Positions 1 to 11,600 of a DNA stretch of 64,000 nt are shown one piece after another. The translations under genes and the position numbers were made by a program. Location: contig OZ218963.1 of NCBI GenBank assembly GCA_965112735.1, forward strand, positions 310,001 to 374,000, given 5' to 3'. Numbering within the stretch: position 1 is the stretch's first letter; each line of letters begins with the position of its first letter. The notes below the pieces were generated by a model. It ran no database searches. It saw only the letters and a list, made by a program, of their open reading frames with translations, and was not told the origin of the DNA. Source of the DNA: Phaeosaccion multiseriatum (Eukaryota; Protista; Ochrophyta, other classes).

Positions 1-426
1 ACCAGGTGTGCCACTCACACCTTTGAATAACTTCTGGACATCGTTGTAGGTAAGTTCCTTCACGTCGTGGTGAACATCCTTCAGGAATGAGAGATAACCT
101 TATCCTTCTTCCTTTTTTCTCTCTTCTCTGGGTCCCTCACGTGGCAAACCAAGGCTCTTTTGAACTCCAAGAAGGAAAGCACTCCCGCAGCCATCATCTT
201 GTCCGGCCATTGCAATGGGGGCGACGCTGCAGCCGGAACAGCAGCGGCAGCAGAGGCCATAAGCAGGTGCGCGTGTGGAGGAGAGGTTTGAAATCTGGGG
301 AAGCTATTACTTTTAGTGCCTTACGTAAGTACGTCACGTAAGATTATTCCCCCATCCATCCCTCCCCTCCCCTCCCTTCACCCAGGTATTACTCTTCTGC
401 ACGTTTAATTAATTTGTAATTACGCG

Positions 427-572
427 TTCTTCTACGCTCTACTCCCCCGCTCTCCCCATTATCTATTGTACAACATAAAAAAAATATACGCTTTCTTCTA
501 CGCTCTACTCCCCCCATCTCCCCATTATCTATTGTACAACATCAAAAAAATATCGCTTTCTTCTACGCTCTA
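427..572. repeat. 65-66 bp tandem repeat, ~2.3 units (second copy 12433-12579)
   Basis: ttcttctacgctcta starts at 427, 493 and 558; the unit continues ctccccc..cattatctattgtacaacat-A-tract. Confidence 0.9.
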
Positions 573-770
573 GTAGTAGTCTCACCCCCGCCCCCCTCCC
601 TCCACTCCACTCCACCCCAAAGCTCACAACGAAGTCCGCCTGAGTGCCCTCTCCTCCTTTCCCCCCGACCCCTCGCTCCACTCCAAAAGGCAGGCCGTCA
701 CCCCCCCTGTACTGCATAGACTGCTGCGGCTGCAGAGACTGGCTGGCGCTGCATGGGCTGTCCCCCCTCC

Positions 771-2871
771 TCATCTCCCTGCTGCTGCTGCTGCCCCTGC
801 TGCTGCCTGCCCCCCCCAAACAGACTGGCTGGCCGTCGCCCCCGCCCACCCCCTCCCCGAGCTGCCGCCCCCCACCGTGTAGTGAGGAGCACCTTGAGTG
901 GGAGCAGTGTTTGCCCCTGTGCCCCCCCCCCTCTCCTCGTCCCCATCCGTGTCCTCATCCATGTCCGCGTCGTCATCCCCATCAGTCCTCCCTCCCCCCA
1001 CACTCCCCTCCCCTCCTCCTCCTCCTCCTCCTCCTCCTCCTCCTCCTCCTCCTCCTCCTCCTCCTCCTCCTCCTCCTCCTCCTCCTCCTCGGCCAACAGG
1101 GCTGAGATCGACGCCCTGCTGCCTCCTCGCCCACCTCGTCCTCTCTTCCGTCTGTGCATCGATCGGGCCGAGGGGCACTCGGCGGTAGGTAATGTAGAGC
1201 TCCTCGTTGTTGCAAGTGAAGGACGCATACTTGACATTCTGGCGCTCCGGGGGGGGCTCCACTACAACTACAATATGCACCACCACCACAGGCACGTCGG
1301 GGCAGTAATAGAGCTCTTCCCAGATGTCCAGCATGGAGGGGACGGCAAGGCTCACCAGCGCCTCCCCCGCATCCCTCCTTTCTATAACCGCACGACCACC
1401 GTGGGACGCCATATGCTTGCCGATGCTAAAACGTACCACCAACTGACCCTCCACGAGGGACTCCAGTGCGTCGTCGTCCCCCTGGAACAGCAGCTTGCCC
1501 CTCGTCAGGCCGTCGAAGGGGCAGCTCAGAGTGGTGGTGTAGCACTTGACGCCGCAGGTCCCGCTCGGAACCACCCTTCCCCCACCACCTCCTCCTCCCC
1601 CCTCCACCCCTCCCCTTTCTTCTGCCGACGCCGCCGCTCCTCCTCCCTTTCCCTCCTCCCCGACGTCGCCCCCTTCCTCTGCCATATCCCCTCCTGGCCC
1701 ACGCTCCGCCGACCTGGTCACCTCCGAAAGCATTCGACCCATGCTGCTAAAATTGGAACTCAAATTGGAGAGCACACTCATGTTGCTCGTGCTCATATTC
1801 GCACTCACGCCCGACCCCACTCGCGGCCCCGTGCGCTCCGACTCCACAATCGTCTCGCTCCAACTCCGACTCGGGCCCGGTTGTACCTCCGGCGCCTCGT
1901 CAACGTCCACGTGGTCATACACGTCCAAGTTCAATGGATCTTCGAGGGAGTTGTGCCGATTAATTGGGTATTGCAGCTGCTGCCGGGGCTGCTGTAATCG
2001 ACTGTCATCCGTGTGGCCGCTGTGCCTGCTGGGGGGAGACTCGTCCCCACCCACGTTTGATCCGTCGTCGTCCGAGGTATCTGAGTGCTCCGGACGCCCC
2101 CCCCCCGGGTAGTCCTCGTTCCGTCCCGGAGCAGGGGATTCACGAGGGGTTGGTGGGGCGCTCCTGTTGCTCGCACTCTTCCTGCCCCGCGGCAGCGGGA
2201 TGGGCACAACCTCGATGCGGGCCGAAGGGAACTCCCCCTTGAGGAGGCGGCAGGGCCCCTGGCTCGGCTGGGGGCCGTTGAACCTGACCTTAATCTCCAT
2301 GGCGCCGTCCCTCTCTGCGGCGGGCTCCAGCTCCCACTCGAGAATGGTGGTGTACTTGGTCTTGAACTTCATCAGCAGGTGCGAGGCCGTCACTGTGTGT
2401 TGCAGTGCAGCAGTGCGAGGCAGGGAGGGAAGTGGTGTGTGGGTCATTGAGTCATCGGATTGGGTAGTAGGCAACAACCTCTCTCTCTCTTCTTGTTCTC
2501 TCTACCACGGCCGGAACGCGACGCCGCCCGGCCGGCCGCCCCTCGCCAGCCAGCCATGGCTGCCCGCCCGCCCATCCCCAGGCTTCGTTCGACTCCACTC
2601 GCGGCTATTGTTGAAGCATGGAACAAGTGGTTTGTCGACACTCTCGCACCATCCACGCACGTCACGTCTTCTCACATCTTGATATTGATTGTGTTGGATC
2701 AGCCTACTACTCCTTTCTCTCCCCTGCCTGCCTCCGCACCCTGCCTCCGCAGCCCTCCTACACTAGTAGGTCCCTCACGCTGCGTTACTCACCATTTTGT
2801 GCGGCTGCTGCCAAGTCATGCACGCGGAACAGCCAGCACCGGTTCTTCTTAGTCTCCTCATTCGACGCCAT
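771..2871 (-). CDS. Unknown family, paralogue A (~566 aa; exons 2871-2793, 2392-771)
   Basis: Exon 1 MASNEETKKNRCWLFRVHDLAAAAQN ends G|GTGAGT and joins in phase at acacacAG|TGACG to VTASHLLMKF. The same 79-nt exon 1 and splice sites are present in all four paralogues. Confidence 0.8.
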
Positions 2872-3704
2872 CCCTCCTTGCTTGTTCCCTGGCTGGTGCT
2901 GTGGCGTCAGCTTGCTTGGCTGTTCTTGGCTGTGTGTGGTGTGTTGCTTATCAGCACAATCACTGCCTCCTGCCTGCGCTGCTGCAAGCAACCCGCTGCC
3001 GCTGCCTGCGCTCCCCCCGCTCTACCAACCGGGTGTGCGAGGGCGAAAAAATGAACGCACTGTCGCTGGAGGTTGCTTGTTCTTGGACTGTTCTTCCTGC
3101 TGGTTTCTATTGAAGCAAGTCTTCACGGATCTCTGTTTCCAGAATATAGATGCTGCCGTGCGCGCCGCAAAGAGGAGGTGTTTGCCGGGGCGTCCGAGCG
3201 TTGCTGTGTCCAGATCAACCGCTCCGCAAAACGGGGTGAAGAATGAAGAATCCGTGACTTTTATTGACTTCATAGGATCCCCTTTTTTTATTCCCCTTCT
3301 CCTTTTCTCCGGAATAATTTCTCTTCGATTCTCTGGCCCCCCGATAGATAAGAAGCCCAGGCCTGTGTTGCGATGTCCCTAGCGCAGTTACCAACAGGGC
3401 TCCATATAGTGCCAACGAATATATATAATATATATTATATATATTATATATACATTATATATATATTGTCTTCATAATAATCTCATGTACATCAGTGACC
3501 CCAGAACCAAGGAAGGAGGGGCGCCAAAGTGGGATCAAATGGTTATCACCGGATCCCAATTACAGACACTTCACTGACATATCTTAACACCCCCCTTGGA
3601 TCGATGCTCCTTCTCCCCTAAACAATTCGATAATACGTAATACACCGCAGGACCAATGAGGAAAAGACAACTCAAAAACAAAAAATAATAATAATATAAA
3701 TTAA

Positions 3705-3948
3705 CACTCGATTTGCGCAAGAATCGCCTAAATGGCCCCCAATATATTTTTTGCACGAACTCCGCAAAATGGCGCCGGGAGAAACGTGTGTAGCTCTTTG
3801 AGATGCCATCAGATGCCATCGATCAATAGTCTTTCGTCTTTCATCGCGTTTTCCCTTCCCTACTTGTCAGCATTTCTGCAAGAGCACTCCCCCTTGCCGC
3901 CCGATCCCTAAAACGGGGGATTTGGGCGATTCTTACGCAAATCGAGTG
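3705..3948. mobile_element. 244-bp non-autonomous TIR element (piggyBac-like MITE)
   Basis: 29-bp TIRs: left CACTCGATTTGCGCAAGAATCGCCTAAAT, right reverse complement CACTCGATTTGCGTAAGAATCGCCCAAAT (2 mismatches). TTAA flanks both sides (3701-3704, 3949-3952). Confidence 0.8.
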
Positions 3949-4146
3949 TTAAAAATACGCTAGATTCCCCCCCCCCTCCCTCCACTCCACTCCACCCCGA
4001 AGCTCACAGCGAAGTCCGCCTGAGTGCCCTCTCCTCCTTTCCCCCCGACCCCTCCACTCCAAAAGGCGGGCCGTCACCCCCGCTGTACTGCATAGACTGC
4101 TGCGGCTGCAGAGACTGGCTGGCGCTGCATGTGCTGTCCCCCCTCC

Positions 4147-6139
4147 TCATCTCCCTGCTGCTGCTGCTGCTGCCCCTGCTGCTGCCTGCCCCCCCCAAAC
4201 AGACTGGCTGGCCGTCGCCCCCGCCCACCCCCTCCCCGAGCTGCCGCCCCCCACCGTGTAGTGAGGAGCACCTTGAGTGGGAGCAGTGTTTGCCCCTGTG
4301 CCCCCCCCCCTCTCCTCCCCATCCGTGCCCTCATCCATGTCCGCGTCGTCATCCCCATCAGTCCTCCCTCCCCCCACACTCCCCTCCCCTCCTCCTCCTC
4401 CTCCTCCTCCTCCTCCTCCTCCTCCTCCTCCTCCTCCTCCTCCTCCTCCTCCTCCTCCTCCTCCTCCTCCTCCTCCTCCTCCTCCTCCTCCTCCCCCTCC
4501 CACAGGGCCAACAGGGCTGAGATCGACGCCCTGCTGCCTCCTCGCCCACCTCGTCCTCTCTTCCGTCTGTGCATCGATCGGGCCGAGGGGCACTCTGCGG
4601 TAGGTAATGTAGAGCTCCTCGTTGTTGCAAGTGAAGGACGCGTACTTGACATTCTGGCGCTCCCGGGGGGGCTCCACTACAACTAAAACGCGCACCACCA
4701 CCACAGGCACATCGGGACAGTAATAGAGCTCTTCCCAGATGTCCAGCATGGAGGGGACGGCAAGGCTCACCAGCGCCTCCCCCGCATCCCTCCTTTCTAT
4801 AACCGCACGACCACCGTGGGACGCCATATGCTTGCCGATGCTAAAACTTACCATCAACTGACCCTCCACGAGAGACTCCAGTACGTCGTCGTCCCCCTGG
4901 AACAGCAGCATGCCCCTCTTCAGGCCGTCGAAGGGGCAGCTCAGAGTGGTGGTGTAGCACTTGACGCTGCAGGTCCCGTTCGGAACCACCCTTCCCCCAC
5001 CACCTCCTCCCCCCTCCACCCCTACCCTTTCTCCTGCCGGCGCCGCCGCTGGCCCACGCACCTCCGACGTGGTCACCTCCGAAAGCACTTGATCCGTGCT
5101 GCTAACATTGGAACTCCAATTGAAGTGCACACTCCTAGGGCTCGATGACCGCGGGTCCGCCATCATCTCGCCCCAATTCTTTGACGAAATGGAGCTGTCC
5201 TTCCTGACGGGATTCAGGCTGGGTGGTACCTCCGACGCGTCGTCAACGTCCACGTGGTGGTACATGTCCAAGTCCCAGTCGTCCTCTTGGTCTAGGAAGG
5301 AGTTTTGCAGCTGCTGTGATTTGCTGTCATCCGTCGTGTAGCCACTGTGAGTGCTGGGGGGAGACTCGTCCCTAGACACGTTTGATCCGTCTTCGTCCGA
5401 GGTATCTGAGTGCTCCGGACGCCCCCCCCCCGGGTAGTCCTCGTTCCCTCCCGAAGCAGGGGATTCACGAGGGGTTAGTGGGGCGCTCCTGTTGCTCCTC
5501 GGCTTCCTGCCCGGAGGCAGCGGGATGGGCACAACCTCGATGCGGGCCGAAGGGAACTCCTCCTTGAGGAGGAGGTAGGGCCCCTCGCTCGGCTGGGGGC
5601 CCTTGAACCTGACCTTAATCTCCATGGCGCCGTCCCTCTCTGCGGCGGGCTCCAGCTCCCACTCCTGAATGGTGGTGTACTTGGTCTTGAACTTCATCAG
5701 CAGGTGCGAGGCCGTCACTGTGTGTTGCAGTGCAGCAGTGCGAGGCAGGGAGGGAAGTGGTGTGTGGGTCATCGAGTCATCGGATTGGGTAGTAGGCAAC
5801 AACCTCTCTCTCTCTTCTTGTTCTCTCTACCCCGGAACGCGACGCCCCCCGCCCCTCGGCAGCCATGTTCGCCCCCCTCCCCAGGCTTCGTTCGACTCGT
5901 CGACTCGCGGCCATTGCTTGTTGAAGCATGGAACAAGTGCTTTGTCGACGCTCTCGCACCATCCACGCACGTCACGTCTTCTCACATCTTGATATTGATT
6001 GTTTTGGACTACTCCTCCGTTCTCTCCCCTCCGCCCGCACCCTCCGCAGCCCTCACTCACCATTCTGTGCGGCTGCTGCCAAGTCATGCACGCGGAACAG
6101 CCAGAACCGGTTCTTCTTGGGCACCTCATTCGACGCCAT
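4147..6139 (-). CDS. Unknown family, paralogue B (~549 aa; exons 6139-6061, 5717-4147)
   Basis: Exon 1 MASNEVPKKNRFWLFRVHDLAAAAQN, conserved GT/AG sites, open exon 2 (ORF 4147..5802). Confidence 0.8.
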
Positions 6140-6669
6140 CCCCGCCCCTCCCTTGTTCCCTGCTGCGGTGTCAGCTTGTTGTGTGTGGTGTGTTAGCTAT
6201 CGCTCAGAACAGATCACTGCCTCCTGGGTGCCTGCGCTGCTGCAAGTCAAGCAACAAGCAACCCAGCCGCTGCCGCTGCCTACCTTCAGGCAGCAGTCCC
6301 CCCGCTCTAGACTACCACCGGGTGCGAATGAAACTCTTTCGTTCTGCTCTGTCGCTGGCTGTCGCGCCTCGCACAAGGCCACTCTGGCTGTGTGTGAGCT
6401 TTCAACTTCTTGTTGTTCTCTCGCTCTCCGCTGCCTCCACAGCCAGTCCACCCCCCGCCCGCCCGCCGGCCGCCCCGCCCCAGCCACTCTTCTATTCAGC
6501 CACGTAAGTCTTCACGTATCTCTGTTTCCAAAATATACATGCTACCGTGCGCGCCGCCAAGAGGAGGCCGTCCGAGCGAGTTCCAGGAGAGGGAGGGGAA
6601 GGAAAATGAATCCGTGACGGGGATCCGTGAAGCATTATTGAAGAAACAGCCAAGCAATCCTATCACATT

Positions 6670-6775
6670 GATCACAGATCTCTCACAAACTCCTGTACAT
6701 ACCAGCTAGATACTCTTAGTATCTATTGCGGTCAAAACGTACCTAACTTCAGGAGTTTGTGAGAGATGTGTGATC
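6670..6775. repeat. Inverted repeat with a nested hairpin, between divergent genes
   Basis: Arms 6670-6695 and 6750-6775 (26 bp, 1 mismatch); internal palindrome tagatact-ctt-agtatcta at 6707-6725. Confidence 0.85.
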
Positions 6776-6909
6776 TGGTGTGATCGAAATGTGAATTCTT
6801 GATGGGTCACAGATACCGGTCACAAAAGGCTTGGCGGGAAAAACATTTGGAGCACACTTCAATACCCACAACCTTGCGAACATCAAAAACAACAAACTAC
6901 TGCGTTACC

Positions 6910-8336
6910 ATGCCGACCATTGGCAAGACGAAGACCGTGAGGGTGATCATCGGAGCCTTCCTCCTTCTCCTCCCCCTCCTGGCCGTGACCGGATGGCTCG
7001 GGTACGAGTACATCAAGAACGACGATGACTCGGGAGGTGTGACGTCCACGGGAATCGACGAGACTTCCGCAGCTGAGGCAATCCAACAAGGCGCCGGAGA
7101 AGGGGCTAAACTGCGAGTGATCGAGCTCACCGATGAAGACATGGTCGACTTGTTGAATGCTGCTGGAGAGGAGGAGGATGAAGAAGAGGATCATGATGAA
7201 GATGGTGACTTCTCTGAGCCCCCACCCGGCAACTACACCTACGGAGATGAAGGTCGTCAGAACAGGCGCCTCTTTTCGGACTGCGGAGAGGACGGCAACC
7301 CCGTGGAGTGCACATCTCGCTATAGGACGTGCTCCAGGAACGGCTGGTAAGATTCCGTATCTGCCTGGCTGTTCCATCCCTTCTAAGTATTTTTTCTGGG
7401 TTAGAGAGTGGGCAAAAAGTTGCTGACGCTCCGGCGACTGTCCTGCTCCATCGACCACCATGCATACATGACAGGGGCGGAGTCGTTCAATTGGCGATCG
7501 CAAAGAACGACGGCACTTTCGGGGGTTGTTCGGGCTTTCTCCTCGCCCCCGACCTTGTGGTGACTGCTGGTCATTGTGTCCGTTCGGTAAGCGAATGGAA
7601 AACCTCTGGCGCGGGTGTCACCGCCTTGTTGGGTCAGACGAGCGCCAATAACCCAATTGAAGTGCGGAAGTCCATCCATGTCCAGTCCTACCTCAATGTG
7701 GATAAAAGAGAGTGGGACGTGGCAATGATCGTCCTTGATACTCCCTTCACCAAGGGATGCAAGTACACCGTCAAGCGCTCGCAGAATCGTTGGGCGTGGA
7801 TGGCCGGGTTCCCAAGCACCCTGCCCTACGGCACCTTGATGCAGGTGAGAAGCAAAACGGCTGCTGACTGGAATATGATATGCACGCTCACTCTGAGAGC
7901 TTGCGCTCTGACAGTCGTATAGCTACACCCATGTACAGTAAGTAGTGTATCAGGGAGGAAACCCACCACCTCTTCCGAATATAAATGAATGCGACCTCCC
8001 TGGCTGGCTGCTCTTCTCTCTCTACAGGTTCAAAGCGAAGGCATGTTTTCGTACAGGGACTCCAGACGCACAGCAGATACTAAGCATGCTATTGCCGGGG
8101 GCATGAGTGGGGGCCCTGCCGAGTCCTGGTACCGGGACGGAACAACACACACCACTGGCATCCTTGTATCATACAATGATCACTCGTCATGCTTTACCAC
8201 GATCACTCTCCTCGGTAGGTCGGATGGGGTTCTCACCAGGCTCCTCGACGATGTGAGCAATATTCTGCCCGGTCTGTGGGAGGAGGAGGTGTACAAGAAC
8301 GGCGAATATTTGTCAGTGACTTCTCTTAGGGTGTGA
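6910..8336 (+). CDS. N-terminally anchored trypsin-fold (S1, V8-like) serine protease; exons 6910-7346, 7475-7844, 8028-8336
   Basis: Hydrophobic segment [21 protein letters not shown], then CSGFLLAPDLVVTAGHC (His), WDVAMI (Asp) and GGMSGGP (Ser). GT-AG introns are in phase. Confidence 0.88.
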
Positions 8337-8647
8337 GTAGTAGTAGAGCTTTTTGCGGGCTCAAGCAGAGGCTTGATGTAACATAGGAGAAGAAGAGTGT
8401 GTATGTGTACAACGGGGGACTGCATCAATATGTGAAGTTGGAAGAGATGATAGACACAACAATTAGCACAGGAGGTTTTCCGTCGTGAATACCTTTCGGT
8501 GGACCTAACTAGACTGAAACGGTCGTTAGTGCTGACTATTGTATATTAGTATGGAACAGTTAAAGGGGGGGCGGAGGAAAAAAAAGAGAACAACATGTGT
8601 CCTATGATTTCCCCATGATTTTCGCTTACGCCGAAAGGGGTTCTTCT

Positions 8648-11600
8648 AAGAGTAATAAAACCTGTGTGAGCGACACGCACGCCCCTTTAGAGGACAGCGC
8701 CTCCCCCTCCCCCCCCACCCCCCTTGAGATTCTTTAGCCACTTCTGGCGCCGCACTTGCCTCCCTGTCTTGGCCCTGCCTCTTACGAACACACTGCCACC
8801 TTTAGAAGTCGGAAGTAAGTTAATTATTTGATATTATTACCATACGCGACCCTCAATTTTCACCCCTCCTCCCTCCTTGGGCGCTTCAGCGCTCTGCCCG
8901 CTCGAGACTTGGCACCCGAGACTAGTGCCACGTCGTCGTTCTCCTCTTGCCCTCTATCTCCTTCGTCTGATTGTTTGGCCTCTCCTTCGTCCACCGGTAC
9001 GCCTGTTCCCTCCTCCTCCTCCATCGCCTCCAGCTCCGACCGACTGTCTTCGCTTCCCTCTTTGCTCATGACGCTCTCGGCCCATCGTCCACTCCCCACC
9101 CCCGTCACATCTCCCTCCGTCCTCTCCACGTCTGCAACGCGTGTGTGCAGGGCCTCTCGCTCACCAGCGCTCACCCCCCCCCCCTTGCCCCCCTGGGGGA
9201 TGGGGATGTCGCTGCGGCCTCCTCTTCCCCCTCTTCATCCGCTGCCGTTGGGCTGACATCGCCCTCTCCTCGTCCTTCGTCCTCTTCATGCCTCATCCTC
9301 TTCATCTGCAGACGCTGCTGGGTCATGTCCCTTTTCTGCCGTCTCAGCGGGCTCTGGCGCCCCTATCCAACCTGCTGCTCGCGCATCTGTCTCGACATAC
9401 GACTTGACGTAGGCGAGAAGCTCTTGCTTCTTGGTCGACTTGTCGGGGGCCTTCTTGCGCACTTCAGACGTGCTGGCTTGGGCGTTGATGAAAGCCCAAA
9501 GACTCCCCTTCAAGAGACTCTTCTTCCCCTTCGGGACGAACCCGAGAGTTCTCAGGACAGCCTCCGTCACACTTTCTTCGTCCTTCTTCTTTTCTCCGCC
9601 GCTGCCTTTTCCTGCGCTGCCTCCTCCCTCTCTGCCATCTTGTCTCTCAGTAGAAGGACCCTCTCTTCGGTGTTAAGGTCCTTACACGTCGACGTTGACT
9701 CCCAAATGGCGTTCAAGCGACGTGCTGCAGCGGAGCCCTGCTTGTGGCTCGCAACGGCGCTTTTGCGCCTTAGCTGCGATAGTCTGTCCACAGACTGTAA
9801 ACGCTCATGAGGAAGGAGAAGGAGGTGCTGCACAGCTGCCACATCGTCCGTCATGAGCAGCTGCTGTGCCTTCGTAACTCGCTCCCTCGCCTGTGCAGGT
9901 GTAGGGTCCAGCAGGGGGTGTTTGACCATGTCGGCTGCGAAGGACGAAGAGCCCACTCGCTGAAGCATGTTCGCGTCGAAAGCCTTTGTCATCTCCTGCA
10001 ACTGCGATGCCTTGGCGTCTCCACTGGCCCCCCGTGTGACGTCAGCAAAGGCCTTGCTGATGGACCCTTCAGCAGGGGCCCTTCCGCTGGTGAAGTTGGC
10101 GAAATACATGGGCGGGTAAAAGCCTGTCGCCTTGAATCCGGACTTGATGGTTTCCAACTTGTGACTCTCCCCCTGAGCCTGGCTGGGAGGCCAGAACAAG
10201 AAGCTCCTGCCGGCTCATGTTCTCTCTGTTGAAGAGTCGCTGCCAGGCCGACGAAAGACTTTGACGTCCAGAGGTTGGAACTCCCCCGATGTGTGCGCGG
10301 GCATGCATGCGCAGATGATGCCGGCTTCGCGCATAGCGTGAAGAGCATCCGGGGTCATCGTGTGCCAACCATAGCCATCCATCAGGAGCAAAATCGGCCA
10401 GAGCTCGTCGGTGACGTATCCGTTCTCCGTATAATGGATCTCTGCTGTGGCGGGCAAGGACTTTTCCAAGTCAGAGCCAGGTGATGCGTCCGCATTGGCA
10501 ATGTGTGCCTACCTCCGTGCTCCAGCAATGACGAAGAACGGGCTCATGCATCCACCAGCGGCATCGACAGTACCGACCAGAGTGACGTGACTTGATCGCT
10601 CCTGAGCTGTCATTGACACATGGTCGCGCCCCTTATGGGCAACAACGTTCATGACACCGCGCTGTGTATTCATGCCTGTCTCATCGCTGTTCCAGAACTG
10701 CACCGGTCGGAGGTCCTCCACCTCACACCCGGATGCCACAGCCAGCTTTGCCAACATACTGAGAAGGGGAGGGGAAGGAAGGGAAGATGAGCAAGCGAGG
10801 CAGAAAACAATTATTATCGTGGTGATACGGAGGACAACGGGAAAGGATGGATGAAGTCATTTGGTGGGGGAGAGTACAGGCCTTTCTCTCTCTCTGCCCT
10901 CTTCCCTCTCCATCTTCCTCTCCATCTTCATCTCCCTCTTTATCTCCCTCTCCCCTTCCGTCTCCCTCCGACCTCTCTCCCTCACACTCTCCCTCCCTCC
11001 TTCCCCCTCTTCCTCGCCCTCGCCCCCTCACTCTCCCTTCCCCTATGCCCTCTCCCTGTCGCACGCGCCTCTCCTCTGTCCTGTCCCTACCCCCACCCCC
11101 CTCTCCAGTCACTTTGGGGGGCGCGGGGGGGCGGGGCGCTATCCTGCCCTCCACGAATGTACACGAATGTGGACTCACCTGGGTAGGAACTCGTCTAGAT
11201 ACTCCTTCCTTGTCTTGTCGTTGCAGCCCTGCGCCCTCGTTAGCTCAAGGGGCTGGGCTCGCCGCGTCACTAAACTTGGGTGGCGGCGCTTCAAGCAAGC
11301 CCTGCAGCCAGCCTCCTGATGCCACGAATGAAGCAACTCCCAATGCATGGGCCATTCTCCTGGCCAGGGTGCCTACATAGTTCCAGTCAACCCCAAAGCT
11401 GCTGTCTGCCATGTCCACAACAAAGCTCACCAGTGCCTCTTCGGTTGAGGCAGGCAAGGCTTGATTGCCCTTCCCACCAACAGCCACAGAAGCAACCCGT
11501 CCCTTGCACCTATTTTCCAGAGCAGTCTTGGTGATTCCATACTGCCGCGCCGCCTTGACCATTCATCACAGCAGACAGAGCCGTTCTGCTGCCCTCCATA

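Larger units (their letters stand above)
1..3963. repeat. Copy 1 of a segmental direct repeat (period 12,005 bp); begins before the window
   Basis: Position 1 (accaggtgtgccactcacacc) recurs at 12006. The copies are near-identical to ~3160, more diverged over ~3160-3963, and homology continues into paralogues B/D. Confidence 0.95.

Noticed and set aside
2393-2477. ORF-track starts for the paralogues (MLPTTQ.., MVQTIK..)
   Set aside because: Non-ATG starts inside the intron; the conserved ATG exon upstream is better supported.
2580-2705. Conserved block inside the paralogue intron as an extra exon
   Set aside because: The reading frame is not conserved across A, B and D, the acceptor is purine-rich, and exon 1 already joins exon 2 in phase.
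2300-2871. Active HUH/Replitron transposase
   Set aside because: No HUH or catalytic YxxK motif is present, so only a fold-level resemblance is proposed.
560-3965. Helitron interpretation of CTAG at the cassette boundaries
   Set aside because: No GC-rich subterminal hairpin at the expected distance, no recognisable 5' TC end and no Rep-helicase gene.
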